Both the position numbers and the translations under genes were made by a program. This document shows positions 63,081-64,000 of a stretch of DNA of 64,000 bases, piece by piece. Each line of letters starts with the position of its first letter. Position 1 is the first letter of the stretch. This DNA comes from Antedon mediterranea. Lineage: Eukaryota > Animalia > Echinodermata. Where the stretch lies: contig NC_092674.1 of NCBI RefSeq assembly GCF_964355755.1, forward strand, positions 5,022,001-5,086,000, read 5' to 3'. The notes below the pieces were generated by a model. That model saw only the letters and a program-made list of their open reading frames with translations, searched no databases and was not told the DNA's origin.

Positions 63081-64000
63081 CAGTTTTTATCTTGTTATTT
63101 CTTTTTCTTATCATTCCAATTACCATATTAATGAAGCAAGCAAATTGAACATTGTCGCCAACATGACAAATTAAATGACTCCCGCAGCTGAAATGCACCT
63201 AATCAGACAATTGCTTTATCATTGCAATAAAACTTGGAACAAACAGTAATCAAATTCATTATTAAAATTTAATTATGCTAATGTATTTTAATGAATACTT
63301 TGTACAAAAGAAATCAGTATTTGGACAAGCAATTAATATAACTCACTAAAATTCATTACAATTTATTTGGTTTCATTTAAATATTAAAGAATAAACACGT
63401 ACAAAATTAGTATTAGTGTAATTTAATTTTCATATACTGAAATTTAATTATGCTAATTTTTATTGAATATGCATGAGAAACTATAGATTCAACAGTCATT
63501 ATTATATTAGAACTCATTATGATTCACTTGGAATTTAATTAGGCTAAATTAAATATTAATGAATAAGCATAAGAAACTAGAGATTCAAAAATCCTGATTC
63601 AATTACAACTCACTATAATTCACTATTGAAATTGAATTTTAGTATTCTAATTTACATATTTTGATGAATATGCATGATTAGAATTTACAGTACACAATCT
63701 ACTGTTTTACAAATGTAGTGTAATGAAAATGTCACAGATGATGTAATAGAGCTATTATTCATCAATTCTTTGTTTATTGATTATTTTTGTAGAGAGTTTC
63801 TATTATTATGTTAATTTCTTGTCTGTGTGGAGAATAAAAATACATTATCATTCAAGATTCAGATATCTATTATTAAAACTTAATTGTTTATTGTCTGTTT
63901 TCAATTCTCTCAATATATTGTAACAACAGTTACTTTAGAAACAGTACTTAATTTTTAACATACTGTAATCATTATTCCAAATTGGTTCCATTGGTGTTGC

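Noticed and set aside
61324-63174. 616-aa F/L/P/S-rich ORF
   Set aside because: Artefact of a pyrimidine-rich repeat that can hardly encode stop codons; TTG start; the repeat changes frame midway.

Overview
AT-rich, intron-rich animal genomic DNA. The SINE core and NLR architecture point to a marine invertebrate, probably a deuterostome such as an echinoderm (inference). Three host genes lie on the + strand. (1) The last four exons of a valyl-tRNA-synthetase-like gene (~2857-3968), abutted or interrupted by a CR1-type LINE. (2) A ~28.5-kb NLR immune-receptor gene (6352-34816): tandem death-fold (DED-like) domains, two duplicated 333-nt TRADD-N-like exons, about 13 symmetric phase-1 micro/mini-exons, and one giant exon holding NACHT plus 14 near-identical 171-bp LRR units. 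The LRR units vary mainly at exposed beta-strand positions and carry two frameshifting deletions. (3) A complete 19-exon SCLT1 orthologue (38166-52220). The introns hold many, often nested, mobile elements: CR1, Tx1/L1 and RTE LINEs, tRNA-derived SINEs, Harbinger-, Mutator- and Kolobok-like MITEs, Helentron-like HINEs and a 3.2-kb foldback. There are also minisatellites and a 1.8-kb polypyrimidine repeat. The most interesting candidate system is the NLR, which may diversify at two levels: a homogenised but surface-variable LRR array and a frame-preserving micro-exon cassette linker. All exon models and family calls were read by eye; no database search or expression data were available.
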